Assembly: GCA_040954595.2 (NCBI GenBank)
Contig: CM082576.2
Coordinates: forward strand, 3,446,760 to 3,510,759
Source: Balanoglossus misakiensis
Taxonomy: Eukaryota > Animalia > Hemichordata
Length of the DNA stretch: 64,000 nt
Direction of reading: 5' to 3'
How positions within the stretch are numbered: the stretch's first letter is position 1; each line of letters begins with the position of its first letter. Made by a program: the position numbers and the translations under genes. This document shows positions 37,407-52,416 of this stretch, one piece after another. The notes below the pieces were generated by a model. It saw only the letters and a program-made list of their open reading frames with translations, ran no database searches and had not been told where the DNA came from.

Positions 37407-40400
37407 TCAAGTGAATTCTATTTTACACAACTTTTGTGTGAAATTGTCTATTACAGGTATGTTGACCATAAGCTTTTCTCTAAACACATTCTCCCCCTCC
37501 CCAACATTCATATAACCCTGAGTAACCTCTCACACAGATTGTGAGGTTTAAGTGGGCCTGTAGTTGAACTCTGAGATATTTGACCTCAAACCTACAGGTT
37601 CATGACTTCACGGTAACAGAGGAGGTCACAGGGATTTTGCTCACCTTGACCCATATGATTGATAGGCATGTCTGTAACACACATTTCAGTTTGTTTTTTC
37701 CCCCAGATGTAGATTGACTTGAGGGGGATTATTATGCACACAAGTATAAAAACCCTCTGAGATTTGATCCAAAACCTGGAAGTTCATGATTTCAGATCTG
37801 AAGGTTGCACAATTGTCAGATCAATGGTCAAATACAAGGTGTGTTTTCACCTTGAACTATGTGTCTGCTGACATATTTATCTTACCATTGTTTGTAACCT
37901 AACTCCACAAGCAGAGTACAAATTACTCCGATCACAGTTTCTGGTGTTGACCTGCATGCCCAAATCCTGTGATTCTGAATCAGACGCAATCAAATTATTC
38001 CACGTTCCTGTCTGATCTGCTAGGCTAAAGGTCGGTTTAGTCTAGAAGTTGCAGACAGTAAACAAATGGAAATCAAGATTTATGTTTGCTGTGGAGGCAG
38101 TGTGTGTATTTTGACATTTCTTCTGAAATGCTACCAAAGAGATGATGTTCTTGCGCTCAGCTGAAAACACTTGAACTGAGGAAAGCTTGACCCAGTGACC
38201 TCCATCACACTTTACCCAGAATGGCGTACTGTACATGATATCGATGTCAGATTTCTAACACACTGAATTACGAGTGAGATTTCAATTGGTATCTTGGTGG
38301 AAAAGAAAAAAAAAATAGGGTAATACACCTAATGGTGTATAAAACATGGAAAAGTCATCGAAATTGAATGAGCTTCTTCAGTTCTTCTGCAATTAATTGT
38401 TCATATCATATGACAAGCTAATATGTTTAACAAAAAAACAATCCCACAGTTCCATGACCCTGGGGATTAAATTAAAGGGCTCTCCCAGGGTTAGGGTTGA
38501 GGTTTTTTTAGGAATTGAATTCAATTGGGTGAAAGATATCTTTGGAATGATCCCTGAACAATTCTGTCTTTGTTCTCACTTTGACAAGAGTTAAACCATT
38601 GTCAGCTGTTTGTATAGCTGTGTGGTGAAAGGGTAACCCCAAGAGAACAATGCTGTTCTTGTTTTGGAGCATGAAAAGGTCCACATCACAGTCAATGGCC
38701 ACTCCTACAACTGTATGCACGATTTTCCACAGAACATGTCCCTGGTTATATTGACACTGAAAAATATCAGCTGTGAAATTGGAAACATTATGTGCTCGAT
38801 GCACGACATAATTAATTCTCATAGTTACGCACTGTTGTCATGCAGTTAAAATCATTGAAAATCATAAAAATTCCACTTTCTACCACAGGAAGAAATTTCA
38901 GAGACACCTGACCCACTTTCTTCAAGGGTGGTACACCTCCATTTGAAAAGGGTTGTGTTGGTTTTATATATAGCTTGCATTTCTGAACACAAAGGTTCTC
39001 AGAGAAAATGCAGTGGTCATGTGTACTTATGATATAGCCTACCTGTACAATATTTACTTGAGTGTCCCTGTCATTGTTTAATTCAAATTAAAAAGAGACC
39101 AAAAATCATAATTTGATAATTTTTTAAAGTTAGAGATATTTACCACCTACATTGACTTGTTCCCTTGAAGTAGGTGAAATGAATATGCCTCATTGAGAAA
39201 TTTCAGTATGAATAGCAGCTACTGTCAATTCACTATTCAGTGTCTGTCTATAAATGTCCCACGCAACAAGTTGTTACCCTAAACACACCTACGCAACAAT
39301 TCAAACAATGAAATATAACCATACTGGTGCCAGCCAAATTGCTATCACAAAATAAACCGCCACAGGCAAAATTAAGAAATATTTATTTTTATTTGTGAAA
39401 AAAATTGATTGTGTGTACATCAAAATATTTATTTGTATATCACAATGATGAAATGAAATCAGTCTAATCAGAATACTAGTAACAGAATGGTGATTTGATT
39501 TAAAAAAATGAAAATCAACCCCTGATATTTCATTGAATTGAGAAATAATTTACGGTCTATTCTGAAATGATTTGTAAACTGCTTCAATTATAATACCCAA
39601 AAGAAAAGTGAACAATTTCTGTCTGGGATAAATAAGGAAAAATACAATGATATGCAGATCACTCCCTCGCATGTACCAGTAAGACTCAACGAAAAAATAT
39701 GTTTTTCTGAAAGAAATGCCACACAAAATGTACAAATAGGTTAATTTTAAGCCAAACATGGTGAGATTTCTTCAGTTTACAGTACGTGGGTTTGCTCAAA
39801 ATAAGAGTGAGGTCCTAGCTGGGAAGGGAAAGTCCCCCAATACATTTCAGTGGGGGTTCTACAATTTAACAGATATACATGTACATACATGCATATTCCG
39901 AAAACCATATGGATGGAATGTGTTATATTTTTTTCATTTCCTTAGTTCCTCTTTGAGGCTAAAATAGTAGTATGTAAAATATGTGCATGTTAATGTGTGT
40001 TACTTTGCATTAAAATGGCCATGTGGTATTATTATGAAGAACTTCAAAAACAACGCTTGCTCTATTAACTGTATATCCCCAGATCTGTCACACACTGGCT
40101 GTTTTGCTCTCAAGCAAACTCATATTTTCTTCATGGATAGCAACAGCAACAGAAAAAGTACTCTTTGAGTTTACAACTACCAGTACAATATTTTTTTGAG
40201 CAAACGAGAAAGGGAATTTGGGTGGGGTAAGGGTTGGGGTTAAAAACCTAAACGAGCAGACGCTTTTAAATCATTTCTCAATGGCATCAATGCAGTGCCT
40301 GGCTTATTCTTTGTCACTAGGCAGACTGTCAACAGCAGTGTGTAAATGTGGACACTCTGGACTTCTGTGGATCGATGTATGTACTGTTAGTATTTACGGT

Positions 40401-41464
40401 ACGTGAATCAAAATGCACAATGAAAGGACTGGCATCTTTGAGCAACTTGTGACACTGACCTGACGGGCCCACTGACTACAAAGTCTACATTGTTCTGTGG
40501 GACTGGGGAAAGCACTCCAGATTTTTTGCACACCTAAGTACAGCTTTTGTCCCAGACAAAAATATATCCTGGCTTTACCTATTACGAGACTACCCAAAAA
40601 TAAATTTGTTTAGAAATATAAGTTGCATTTTGATCCATTGAAAGTAATGTTCAATCCAGTCAGTCCAGGGTGTATTTACATAGATTTGAAATGATAGAAA
40701 AATATCTACTAATTTTTGTAATGACAAAAAAATTCTCTACATTTGAAGAAAAAGTATTCTAAGGCCCATATGTGTGGCAATGAAATATTACATTTAGCAT
40801 AGAAATGACTATTTGCAAGAAAAATATACAATAAACTAGCAGTAAGACAGTTGGGTAAATCAATACTTCATTCATTCATTGTGTATCGTCATGGCACAAG
40901 GCCAAACTTAGAGTATGCTTGAATTTTTGCCTAAAGACGTCCAAACTGAATGGTCCAAAACTAGATTCAAACAGAATGGTATATTGCCATGACAACCCTT
41001 TCGCTTCAAAATATTTACACAATCAATATGCAAAGTTTCTGTTATGTACACTGTAGAACGCTGAGATGTCCGGATTGCAATTCTATTGAAACTGGGCTTT
41101 TTGCCTGGTAGATCTATTACTCACTGATGTGAATCAGACCAGCTGATTTCTTCATTTTGGAATGCTAGCGTGTTCCTCTACCAGTTTCTAGCAATTTTCT
41201 GTACAAGTTTACTCACTGTCACAATATGTGACCTCCATTTCACTCAGCACTGCTCTACGATCTTGAGAAGAAAAAAAAACATCTTCAGCTTGCTAGATCA
41301 GGTAAGTAGGATGTTGCAAAAAAGGCACTCTTTTTTCCGGTTGTGACCTGGGAATATGACCTCCATGAATGCAATATACTATGGAAGAATGGCAGTCAGG
41401 CATTCAAGAGGTCTCCAACGTTTCGTATTTACATGTCCAAGGGAAAGAGTCTGTCCTCGCTCTG

Positions 41465-44058
<2,594 letters not shown>

Positions 44059-44183
44059 GGTTAAACCGACTTCAGCTGAGACAATGTGGAAACGGAATTG
44101 GAAGAAAACTCGGCGATCACTCCTGTAGTGGTGCTTGTTGCTTTGTCACTGACAGCCCACTCGTGAAATCAATGGCAGTGTTG

Positions 44184-45205
44184 TGACGTCAAAGGGGTGA
44201 ATTACTTCTGGGAATATCTACAATGTGCGTGGGAGGGATTGCAATTTTAATGTAAGAAATTTGCCTTCTATCAACTAAAATACACTCTTTGTACCACTAG
44301 ATTGTCAAAACAATTGAACGAAACGGGAATTAAACTGTAAAATCGCCCAGCATTACGATAAAACAGAACTATCTATCGTTCAAATGGGAGCTACCACCCC
44401 TTATTCAAAAGTGGTTTGTTGCCTGTGACGTCACCGACTGAGTTCTCGTGAAAGTCCTCTGTTCATATACGTGTATCCTGATACGGAATATACGTACTTC
44501 CATTCATAATATAATCAATAGGGTTTCCAGTAATTGTCACATGATGAAAGTGATGTTATTCACGCATGTATTCACTGCCTTTTTGTTGGAGTGGACGGCC
44601 CAGTCAGGTACGTTTATTTCGGGGAAAGTATAAACTTCAAAAGTTACAACGACGTGTCACTTTATACTTTATGACCAGATGGACAACTGCGCACTTGCGC
44701 CACAGGTCTCGTGTAAAATTAAAAAAGCTATTCGACACGTTTTTGATATAAAAAAAAATTCCACTGACGCCAGAATATTATTTCGAGCAGCTGTTTCTGT
44801 AATCACTCAATATGACATCATCATTCTATTTATCCTCTGCTTTTTGTCAATTTTATATTAAAACTCAATCACAGGCTTTGCCATAAAGCATGAGACAAGG
44901 CAACATGTAATGGCATTCAGATGTTGCCATGGTAACTATGATGCAATACTGGTTAATGTACACTATTGAGTTGGTATTTGAATGGGAGATAGAGGGCTCT
45001 TTAATTGCCACATATACAAATCACCCAACATTTGAAACACAATGTACAAAAATAAAATAAAACTGAAAAAAAACAGCACTGGATAAGTCCAGATTTTTTC
45101 AAAACACACATCAGATTCACCCCGAAAAATATTTATCTCAAACCAATTCACTGATGCAACATACTGACTAGATTGTTGTTCAGCATATATCTCTCATTGA
45201 CGTCA
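44184..45205. promoter_or_regulatory. LC3C upstream region with three perfect CRE palindromes and an X-box
   Basis: TGACGTCA at 44184, 44426 and 45198; GTTGCCATGGTAAC at 44923; CpG-rich surroundings. Function is inferred. Confidence 0.55.
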
Positions 45206-47203
45206 TCTCCTGATTCCACACAAAGCTGTTATTCAATGATTTAGAAGTATAATAGCATATTTTCATTCGTTACAGTTAAAAACAAGTCTTTGGTAAAATC
45301 CTTTTTGTCTGCAGTTCAAAAGGCTCAGAGTCCTTCACCCAAGCTTGTTAAAAATTGGTCAGTGTGAATGACACTAACAAAAGAGCTCCTTGCAACAGAA
45401 CTGTCTACTCTGCTAGCTTGTAACTATGTCTGTCAGATATTTTATGTACCTTGTTTATATCAAGACTGCTGGGACATTAAAAAACAATCTACAAATTTAA
45501 AAATTATTCCATAACTTTGCATTGACAGTACATAGACATGATACATAATAATGGTTTGGGTTTGGATTCTTTCAGTTTAGCAACTGTATGATCCTGTTTT
45601 ATTTGTGCCCCCAGGAAATAATTTCTGAGTAAATTAATGCATATCGCCTGAGTGTACATTGGTGTATACATATTTAATGAGGATCATTTCTCACAATAAT
45701 GAAGGCTACAGACAGTTTCATATAGACTCGCTAGGGTATTTTGATAGATAAATATTTGGAAGTATTTGTTAAATATAAATATCGCCAATTTCAGTGTTCA
45801 TTATAATCTGGTGTGTGGTCAAATGATTATGTAAATAATTAAGAAGAGACTCTCTACACCCAGAAAGCTTAAATTTTAATCCATTATAGTTGAAATACTA
45901 GTACATCATGTGTTTAATTTCTAAGTTGTGACCCACTTTGGTAGACGATATGATGCCATAGGATTTATGGTTTGAGTCTTTATAAGCTACTTGCAAGTGT
46001 GACTCGATGATATGAGCACTTCAGGAACATCAATATTTTGACTCCAAAAACTAGGCCAGTGTACATTGTATCTAAGACTATAATTTCATATTTATTAAGG
46101 TATTAAACATTAACAGTTTAATGAGATGGATGCCCAGGGCACAATTTTCTGATGAACCAATTATACTTGTTTGCCAATAATGTGGTCATTAGCTACAAAT
46201 TACCCTGGTAGATAGTGTTTATCATTAAAATTTGTGATGCTATATATTTGAAGTACATGTACATGTATGTATTTTTGTCAGATGTTTTCACTTGCATTCC
46301 TAAATTGTTTACATGACGATTTTGTAACACATAATTAGCATATGCTCAGTCTCATACTACAGTAATTTAGAAAACCTCAAGATAATTGGTAATACCACCT
46401 GTCTCAAACTGAATCTCATATCTCTTGAGAAATATCGTCATAATTTTGCATTTGTTAATTTTTTCTATAAACATATCTCTAAATCTTATTTTAATCGTGT
46501 TATACTGATAACAGCATGGCTTGTCCGAGCAAAATCAGACCACGTAAAAGTATAATTCACTCAGCAGATTTTCAGTGAACAGTAAATATAATTTTGTCTA
46601 TTTACCGTATACTTCTAAATATAACATGCATTGTTAGCTGCATTTTGCTTGTGGCAGGTGTTCAACACTGTGCTGCAAACAATTTTTATGTGACCTAGAA
46701 ATCATGCTACCAAATCACAGAAATCCCTCTCTGCCTTGTGTAAAAAAATTGTTTGTAATCTTTATTCTCAGCGTTTGCATCAAAGGGAAATGGAACTGCC
46801 ATCAACCGTGTGGTAGGTTTTTATTTCCTTGTTGGGATTTGTTTCATTTGATTGCATCCTTGTTGAAGGCATGATGGTTTTGATCAATTCAAAGCTATAC
46901 GAGCCAGAAATCTTCAAGAGCGCCCCCAATGGCCATAAATCTTGCCTTCTTTAGACGTCTGTGTTTCCCGAAACACGTCACTCAAATTTTTGGCCTTTCT
47001 TTTAAAGTGTCCAGAAATGTTTTATTTTCTTATCTTTCACTGTAGAACTACGATCAATGTCAACTGTCTTAACAGTGGAGGTGCCATTGATAATCATATC
47101 AACATTAGTCATCACATTGATCAGCAGGGGATTATGAATTTCATGTGAATAAGCTGAATGGAGAAAATACTACACAGGACACACGCTTCATTTCTTTCAA
47201 ATG

Positions 47204-47209
47204 TTTATT
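47204..47209 (-). terminator. Putative polyadenylation signal of TAF6L
   Basis: AATAAA on the minus strand about 480 nt after the stop, with U/GU-rich sequence downstream. Confidence 0.5.
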
Positions 47210-47688
47210 TTACTAAATCTATTCTGATATAGTGAAAAATAAACAACATATGTCTGTTTGGTTCAAAGTTTATCCACGTGTGCATTATTGACTTGTCAGC
47301 AAAACTATATCACATGTATATCAGTTAACTTTGACAAGTATTCTTGAAAGAGTTGAACCACTACCTAAACTACAAATTTTTGTATCTAGTCAGAGTATAC
47401 ATGATTGAGTTTTTCTTGTTGTCTGGCTGCCTGCAGTGTTGAATGGTCCCATGCTTATAATGAAAATAGTAAAATGACCCAAAGACTCCATATCATGATT
47501 CACATAGACAAACAACTGTGGCAGTCAGAAAGTATACTTAAATAACTTAATACATTATTTTGCTCAAGCCTCAACTCATCCCTGTATGACCACCATACCT
47601 CAGGTGATTTCTATCATACTAGGCTGTTCCATTTCAAGCATAAGGCACACCAGTATTTGGCGAGCAGTAATGTTAATGGTGCACCAAT

Positions 47689-48501
47689 CTACAGGAAGCA
47701 AATCAGTGATGGAGGCGTTTTGCTGATTGTTGTATTCAGTGTTGACAGTTTCTTTAATTTCCCGTACGGTTTCAGTGCTTGGGAGACTCTGTTGATATTG
47801 CTAATACTCCGCTCCTCGGCACTCCTCTGCAACGACTGGTTTCTCTGCTGCGTGGGAGGAATGGGGCGGAAATTTTGTCCTCGCATGATCATGTGTACCG
47901 GCTGCGTCCTTATTCTCAGGTTCTTCGGTACAACAAAGGCGTCTTTGACCGACAGCGAAGACGAGCTGCGGAGACTGCGGGTGCGGTGTCGTGTGCGGGT
48001 CCGCAGCTTGGGGCTGTGGCTGCGTCGCCGCTGCCCGAGAATTGGGAATCCGGATCCTTGCAGCGCCCGCAGTTCTCTGCTCCTTGGGAACTTCTCCTGA
48101 TGTTTCTCCTCCTCCACACCGGTCATCTCCACGTCGTCTTTGGACACCGCATCGTTGATGGACTCCGCCGTCCCGGCCGCGTCCTCGATCCTGACGTCCC
48201 TGGTTTCGTACGCCGGCTCGAACGCCGCGCCCGTGTCCAGCTGCAGGCAGAGACAGCTGCCGAAATAGTCGTAGAGTTCGGCGTACCACTCGGCTATGCT
48301 CTTCTTCACCTGTTTCAGTTTGGAGGCGCCGTTCACAGCAAACGTGGTGCTCGGTCCCAGCTGCAGGAGATGACTGGCTGTCCCAAACGCAAACTCTGTC
48401 TGGTCCGGGCCGGGGCTGAGGCTGGGTGAACTTCTCCCGCTACTTTGATCAGCTTCGCTGTTTTCTTTCATTTTGAAGTTCAGGAAATGTTCCGCTGCCA
48501 A
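47689..48501 (-). CDS. TAF6L: TAF6L last coding exon
   Basis: CTGCAG acceptor; 270-aa open frame including YAELYDYFGSCL. Confidence 0.88.
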   Translation of the reverse strand: MAAEHFLNFKMKENSEADQSSGRSSPSLSPGPDQTEFAFGTASHLLQLGPSTTFAVNGASKLKQVKKSIAEWYAELYDYFGSCLCLQLDTGAAFEPAYETRDVRIEDAAGTAESINDAVSKDDVEMTGVEEEKHQEKFPRSRELRALQGSGFPILGQRRRSHSPKLRTRTRHRTRSLRSSSSLSVKDAFVVPKNLRIRTQPVHMIMRGQNFRPIPPTQQRNQSLQRSAEERSISNINRVSQALKPYGKLKKLSTLNTTISKTPPSLICFL

Positions 48502-51500
48502 CTGCAGGGAGAAATTACTCTATGTCATTACATGTAATTTGAAATATGAGGCTACCAGTATAGCAAATTAAACCGAAACTACAAATCAAATTGGTAATTT
48601 ATAGCTTGGCAGGCACCCTGGTCCGGAAACAATGAACAGAGATGAAAGCCCACTTCCTTCTGCATTGTCACAATCAGCATACACGTAAACACCACTTGGT
48701 TTACAAAACTCACCAGAATAGCTCCATAGACTTTATGGCCATCTTCTTTTACTTGTGTGTTTGAGATGGACGTGTCTTCTAATACTGTCAGCAGAGTTGG
48801 CCAGTAACTGCTTAGCTGTGGTAGTAATACATCTTCTATCGCCTGATAGAAAAGAAATGGGAAGACGATGTGATTTGCCAGTCTATGCAGACATCCCTAT
48901 AAAATAGAATTCAACAATTTTTCATGCAGACTGAATTAGATAGAGAGTAATCATTGGGAATCAGCTGGTTTACCTTTGACCCCAGGGCCATGAGTCCCAC
49001 CACAGCACCATAATGTGAACACAGGGGCCTGGCAGCATCGAGAAGCACTTCTTGGAATGTGATATATAACTGATGTCTCAGGTGGTTCACTGAACTGTTG
49101 TATGTTCTGAAACAATCAACCATTTTGGGGAGTAAACCTTGACTGGTAGAGTGATGCATAGATTTGACCACTGGCACTGTCATTGAATTGATCTGTAATT
49201 GCTCAATGATAGAATTCATACGAATTCAATCAAATCATTCAGCACAAATGAAGGTGTTAGGCTTCTTGCTCCAATGTGCACTGTGTGTGTGATTGTGTGT
49301 GTGTCTAAAATGGTATTTACCTGCATATGTGAGCTAATAACCTCGCAGCATAATCCCTCAGTGCCCAGTGATCATTCAGTGGGTTGATGGAGGCAGCTAG
49401 GGGTTCCAAGATGCAATACATTACACCGGACACCAACTGAATCAGCTGTGGAAGAAACAGAAATTAATGATGTTAATTATAAACACAAAGGCAAGTCAGT
49501 CAGTCACTATCCAGAGCCTCCAATACAAAGTGCATCTAAACTCCAAGCTAACTTACATAGGGACCAAGATACAGCACAGAATTGTAGGTGATTGACGTCA
49601 CAATGTGCAGAAGCTTGGTGAGTTGTCCCAGGTCATGGCTGACCCTCTTCACGCTGATTGATACAAAGTTGACAAGATACGGCAGGAGTGAGGAGACTTT
49701 AGAGTTGGTTCTCAGATCATCAAGAGCTACCTGTGAAGTGGACATCAAAAGACAGGCCTTCAGGATTTGAGAGGTCTTGTATTTTATGGAAAATCATGCC
49801 TTAATAATTAATTGAAAAAGATCATAGCGGTCAACATATTACTGACAATTTCCCCTTTACTTGGATGTCATAAGCCTGATACTGTCAGTTTCCAAGGAAA
49901 TAGTGACAGAGGGACACTGACCTTCATGACCTCCTCATCAGAACCAAGGATCGCCTTGGTGATGTGTTCATAGTATTTCAGCAAATCATCTGATAGCGTG
50001 GGTGCCTGGACCAGACCATTACGCTTCCCTATAAAAAAAGCAAAAGGAATGTGAGAAATTTCTAACATATGATTCAGATTCAGATGATACAGATTCTGCT
50101 ACAACCAAGATGGAAGGACACAAAGCTATCCATTTGAAACAAACTCATGAGTGTGTGCGATTTTCACGGCAGACACCAGAGCTGGAAATATTCTGTTGAT
50201 TTACCGCCATTTTTGATTGAAAGCTAGAACTTTTAGAAGTCTTTTTGTTTTTTACTTACCGGTACCCTGTGTGGCAGTACTCTGGCCTTCTTTGCCTTTC
50301 TGCACACCTTCTATGGCCAACCAATGAGCTGCAGATCAAACAGAGGATGTGATACTATACTGTAGGGGGTCAGGCTATTCACAAAATACTGCCATCTATT
50401 GATATACAGCTCCTTGTGTGACGTATTGGACAAGCTATTGGCAAGTGTAATACCGTGTGCAGTCAATAGTTACGAATGTACATGGATGTATTTTGGGTAT
50501 AATTCCATTTTTAGAAATCTTCCATCATTAGATTGGAACTGTTGGCCTAACTAAATAGAACATAACATGCTGTATATCTTGGGATAAATATGGTTGAAGG
50601 CCAAAGTTCACGAACTACATGAATACTCAGTACACTAGGATAAAGTTTGTTATAAATATGCCAGGCTAAATATCTCTTGACCTGGGCAAAAACCAGACCT
50701 GTTTATTTGCATTAACTTATAGAGCATGTACCTGGATTCTCATCAAAGGACACACCTCCAGATCGGCCAATCACAGCCAACTATCAGGACAACTCCCCCT
50801 GATGAGTCATTGAGTCAAAGTCTAATGCCCTTTACCTGGATATTAACCTCAATCTGACTAGTATAAAATAGATTGATAAATTTCCATATTGACAATATGC
50901 ACTGATGACATTATCAGTCTTGTCAAGTCCTGTACATGACACAGACTACTCGTGGACGTCGGGTGGGCAAATCTGGCTGAGTCACCTATTCTAGGTCAGT
51001 TCTCTGTGCCTCAATGTAAAATTTTGTTGACATTGATGTTGACATAACTGTTCTGTATGTCACAGTTTAATATCATCACTTAAAGACTGCAAGATCCAGC
51101 ATGAAGCCAATATTAGTGGGGGAAATAACTCAGTCAGGTGAATTTCAGGTCACCGTAGCCAGACAAACAAGACTAGACTTTGGAACTATACGTGTGGTTA
51201 GCCCCGTCCACACTTGTAGATCATAAGTATATGTAAGTGGTGTGATGCAATGATACATTGATTACCATTAGTGCTTTGTACAAAGAATCAGATATTTGTT
51301 GAAGCCAAAGTTTAGAAAGTTATAGTTGACATTGCCTAGGCCATTGGCTCTTGCAAATATCACGAAAATTTATCGTTCGCGAAAATGTCTTGTTTTACAG
51401 TATAATGACATTTACATAAGTATGTAGATGCCTGTATCCTACTTTAACTCACCTTTAATCATTGTTTTGCCAGCACTGGCAGGAATTTTACTGTCCATAG

Positions 51501-52416
51501 CTATCTCTGGCAGGTTGATTTCCTTATCTTCTGTGAAGTAGAGCTCAGCATCTTTAGTGGCTCTGAAAGGCAATGGGTCCTGAGAACCATACCCATATAT
51601 GGGCTGCCATGCAAAAACAAAAATATGACAATCACGTGTATTTAAATGTTAAAAACATAACATTTGTGGTGTACAACAGGTGCATGAATGCTGTTTATGT
51701 ATTGGCCTCCCGGGCGAGATACTGCACATTGTCCAAATCCATGCAGATAGCTGATAATAAAGTATTAGATGTCTTGTCCAATAGAATTGAACCTGGGCTG
51801 CTAGTTATAGTTACATATATTATAAATAAGGCACTGAGTCATACTTATTCAATTTATTAAAATGTCCAGCAACTTAGGAGAACTATTAGTCTTTTCATGT
51901 TTACCTCAACATCAATCCATTTCAATGCTCGGTTGAAATCTTCACTTGTCAGTTTCTTCCTCTTTGCATGTTTCATGTATTGTGAACTTGCCTGCCAAAG
52001 TGGACATATACATGTGAAACTTTAACACATTTTATTGCCATCAACATTTGGTATCGGGCATAACCTTTGCCATTGTAATACCAAAACCGTACGGAAAAAC
52101 AAAATAACTGAAAATGAATGTGAATGCATAGCATTGGTGGCGCTCTTTCACTGCTCTGTTGACCAAATTATGACACAGTTTATGTTTACCATGATCATGG
52201 TGCTTTTGATGGCCTCAGTTCGATATCTTATTTTCTTGATATATTAAGTCCTCTGGTAACTTTTACCTGTGTGGCTTGCCGAAGCCTGTAACATACATCT
52301 TCTGCCAATAATGCTGCAGCTTCATCTGACAGGCCTTCGACGCCAGTAGATTCAGCGTAAATCTTCACGGAGTCCTTCGTTATTTGAGCGAATTTCCTGG
52401 GGTGTTCTTCACCCAT
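47689..52416 (-). CDS. TAF6L: TAF6-like SAGA/PCAF complex subunit (histone H4-like fold plus HEAT-like domain), about 645 aa, 10 exons
   Basis: Exons 52416-52267, 51991-51905, 51603-51453, 50328-50260, 50028-49922, 49730-49557, 49445-49321, 49106-48974, 48842-48714 and 48501-47689 are all GT-AG and in phase. Diagnostic segments: AESTG..LSDEAAALLAEDVCYRLRQATQ, KLTSEDFNRALKW, GYGSQ, EPLAASINPLNDHWALRD, DGHKVYGAIL. Confidence 0.93.
48714..48842 (-). CDS. TAF6L: TAF6L exon 9
   Basis: YWPTLL..DGHKVYGAIL. Confidence 0.92.
48974..49106 (-). CDS. TAF6L: TAF6L exon 8
   Basis: RPLCSHYGAVVGLMALG. Confidence 0.92.
49321..49445 (-). CDS. TAF6L: TAF6L exon 7
   Basis: LEPLAASINPLNDHWALRDYAA. Confidence 0.95.
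49557..49730 (-). CDS. TAF6L: TAF6L exon 6
   Basis: VALDDLRTNSKVSSLLPY..LYLGPY. Confidence 0.92.
49922..50028 (-). CDS. TAF6L: TAF6L exon 5
   Basis: LSDDLLKYYEHITKAILG. Confidence 0.9.
50260..50328 (-). CDS. TAF6L: TAF6L exon 4
   Basis: (A)HWLAIEGVQ; CTGCAG / GTAAGT. Confidence 0.88.
51453..51603 (-). CDS. TAF6L: TAF6L exon 3
   Basis: PIYGYGSQDPLPF..ELYFTEDKEINL. Confidence 0.92.
51905..51991 (-). CDS. TAF6L: TAF6L exon 2
   Basis: ASSQYMKHAKRKKLTSEDFNRALKWIDVE. Confidence 0.92.
52267..52416 (-). CDS. TAF6L: TAF6L coding exon 1
   Basis: MGEEHPRKF..LLAEDVCYRLRQATQ / GTAAAA. Confidence 0.9.

Noticed and set aside
40212-40239. G-quadruplex-like GGG runs (also at 67-97 and 6717-6775)
   Set aside because: Poly-G runs are frequent across this window; nothing indicates function.
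47657-48429. Long overlapping ORFs (147, 216 and 162 aa) over the TAF6L last exon
   Set aside because: Antisense or alternative-frame shadows of a GC-rich coding exon; no recognisable domain or splice support.
48780-48791. TAATACTGTCAG matches the 5' end of miR-8/miR-200-type miRNAs
   Set aside because: Lies antisense within TAF6L coding exon 9 with no precursor hairpin; best explained by codon sequence.
50627-50746. Possible C/D-box snoRNA in TAF6L intron 3 (TGATGA..CTGA on the minus strand)
   Set aside because: No terminal stem and no recognisable rRNA guide complementarity.
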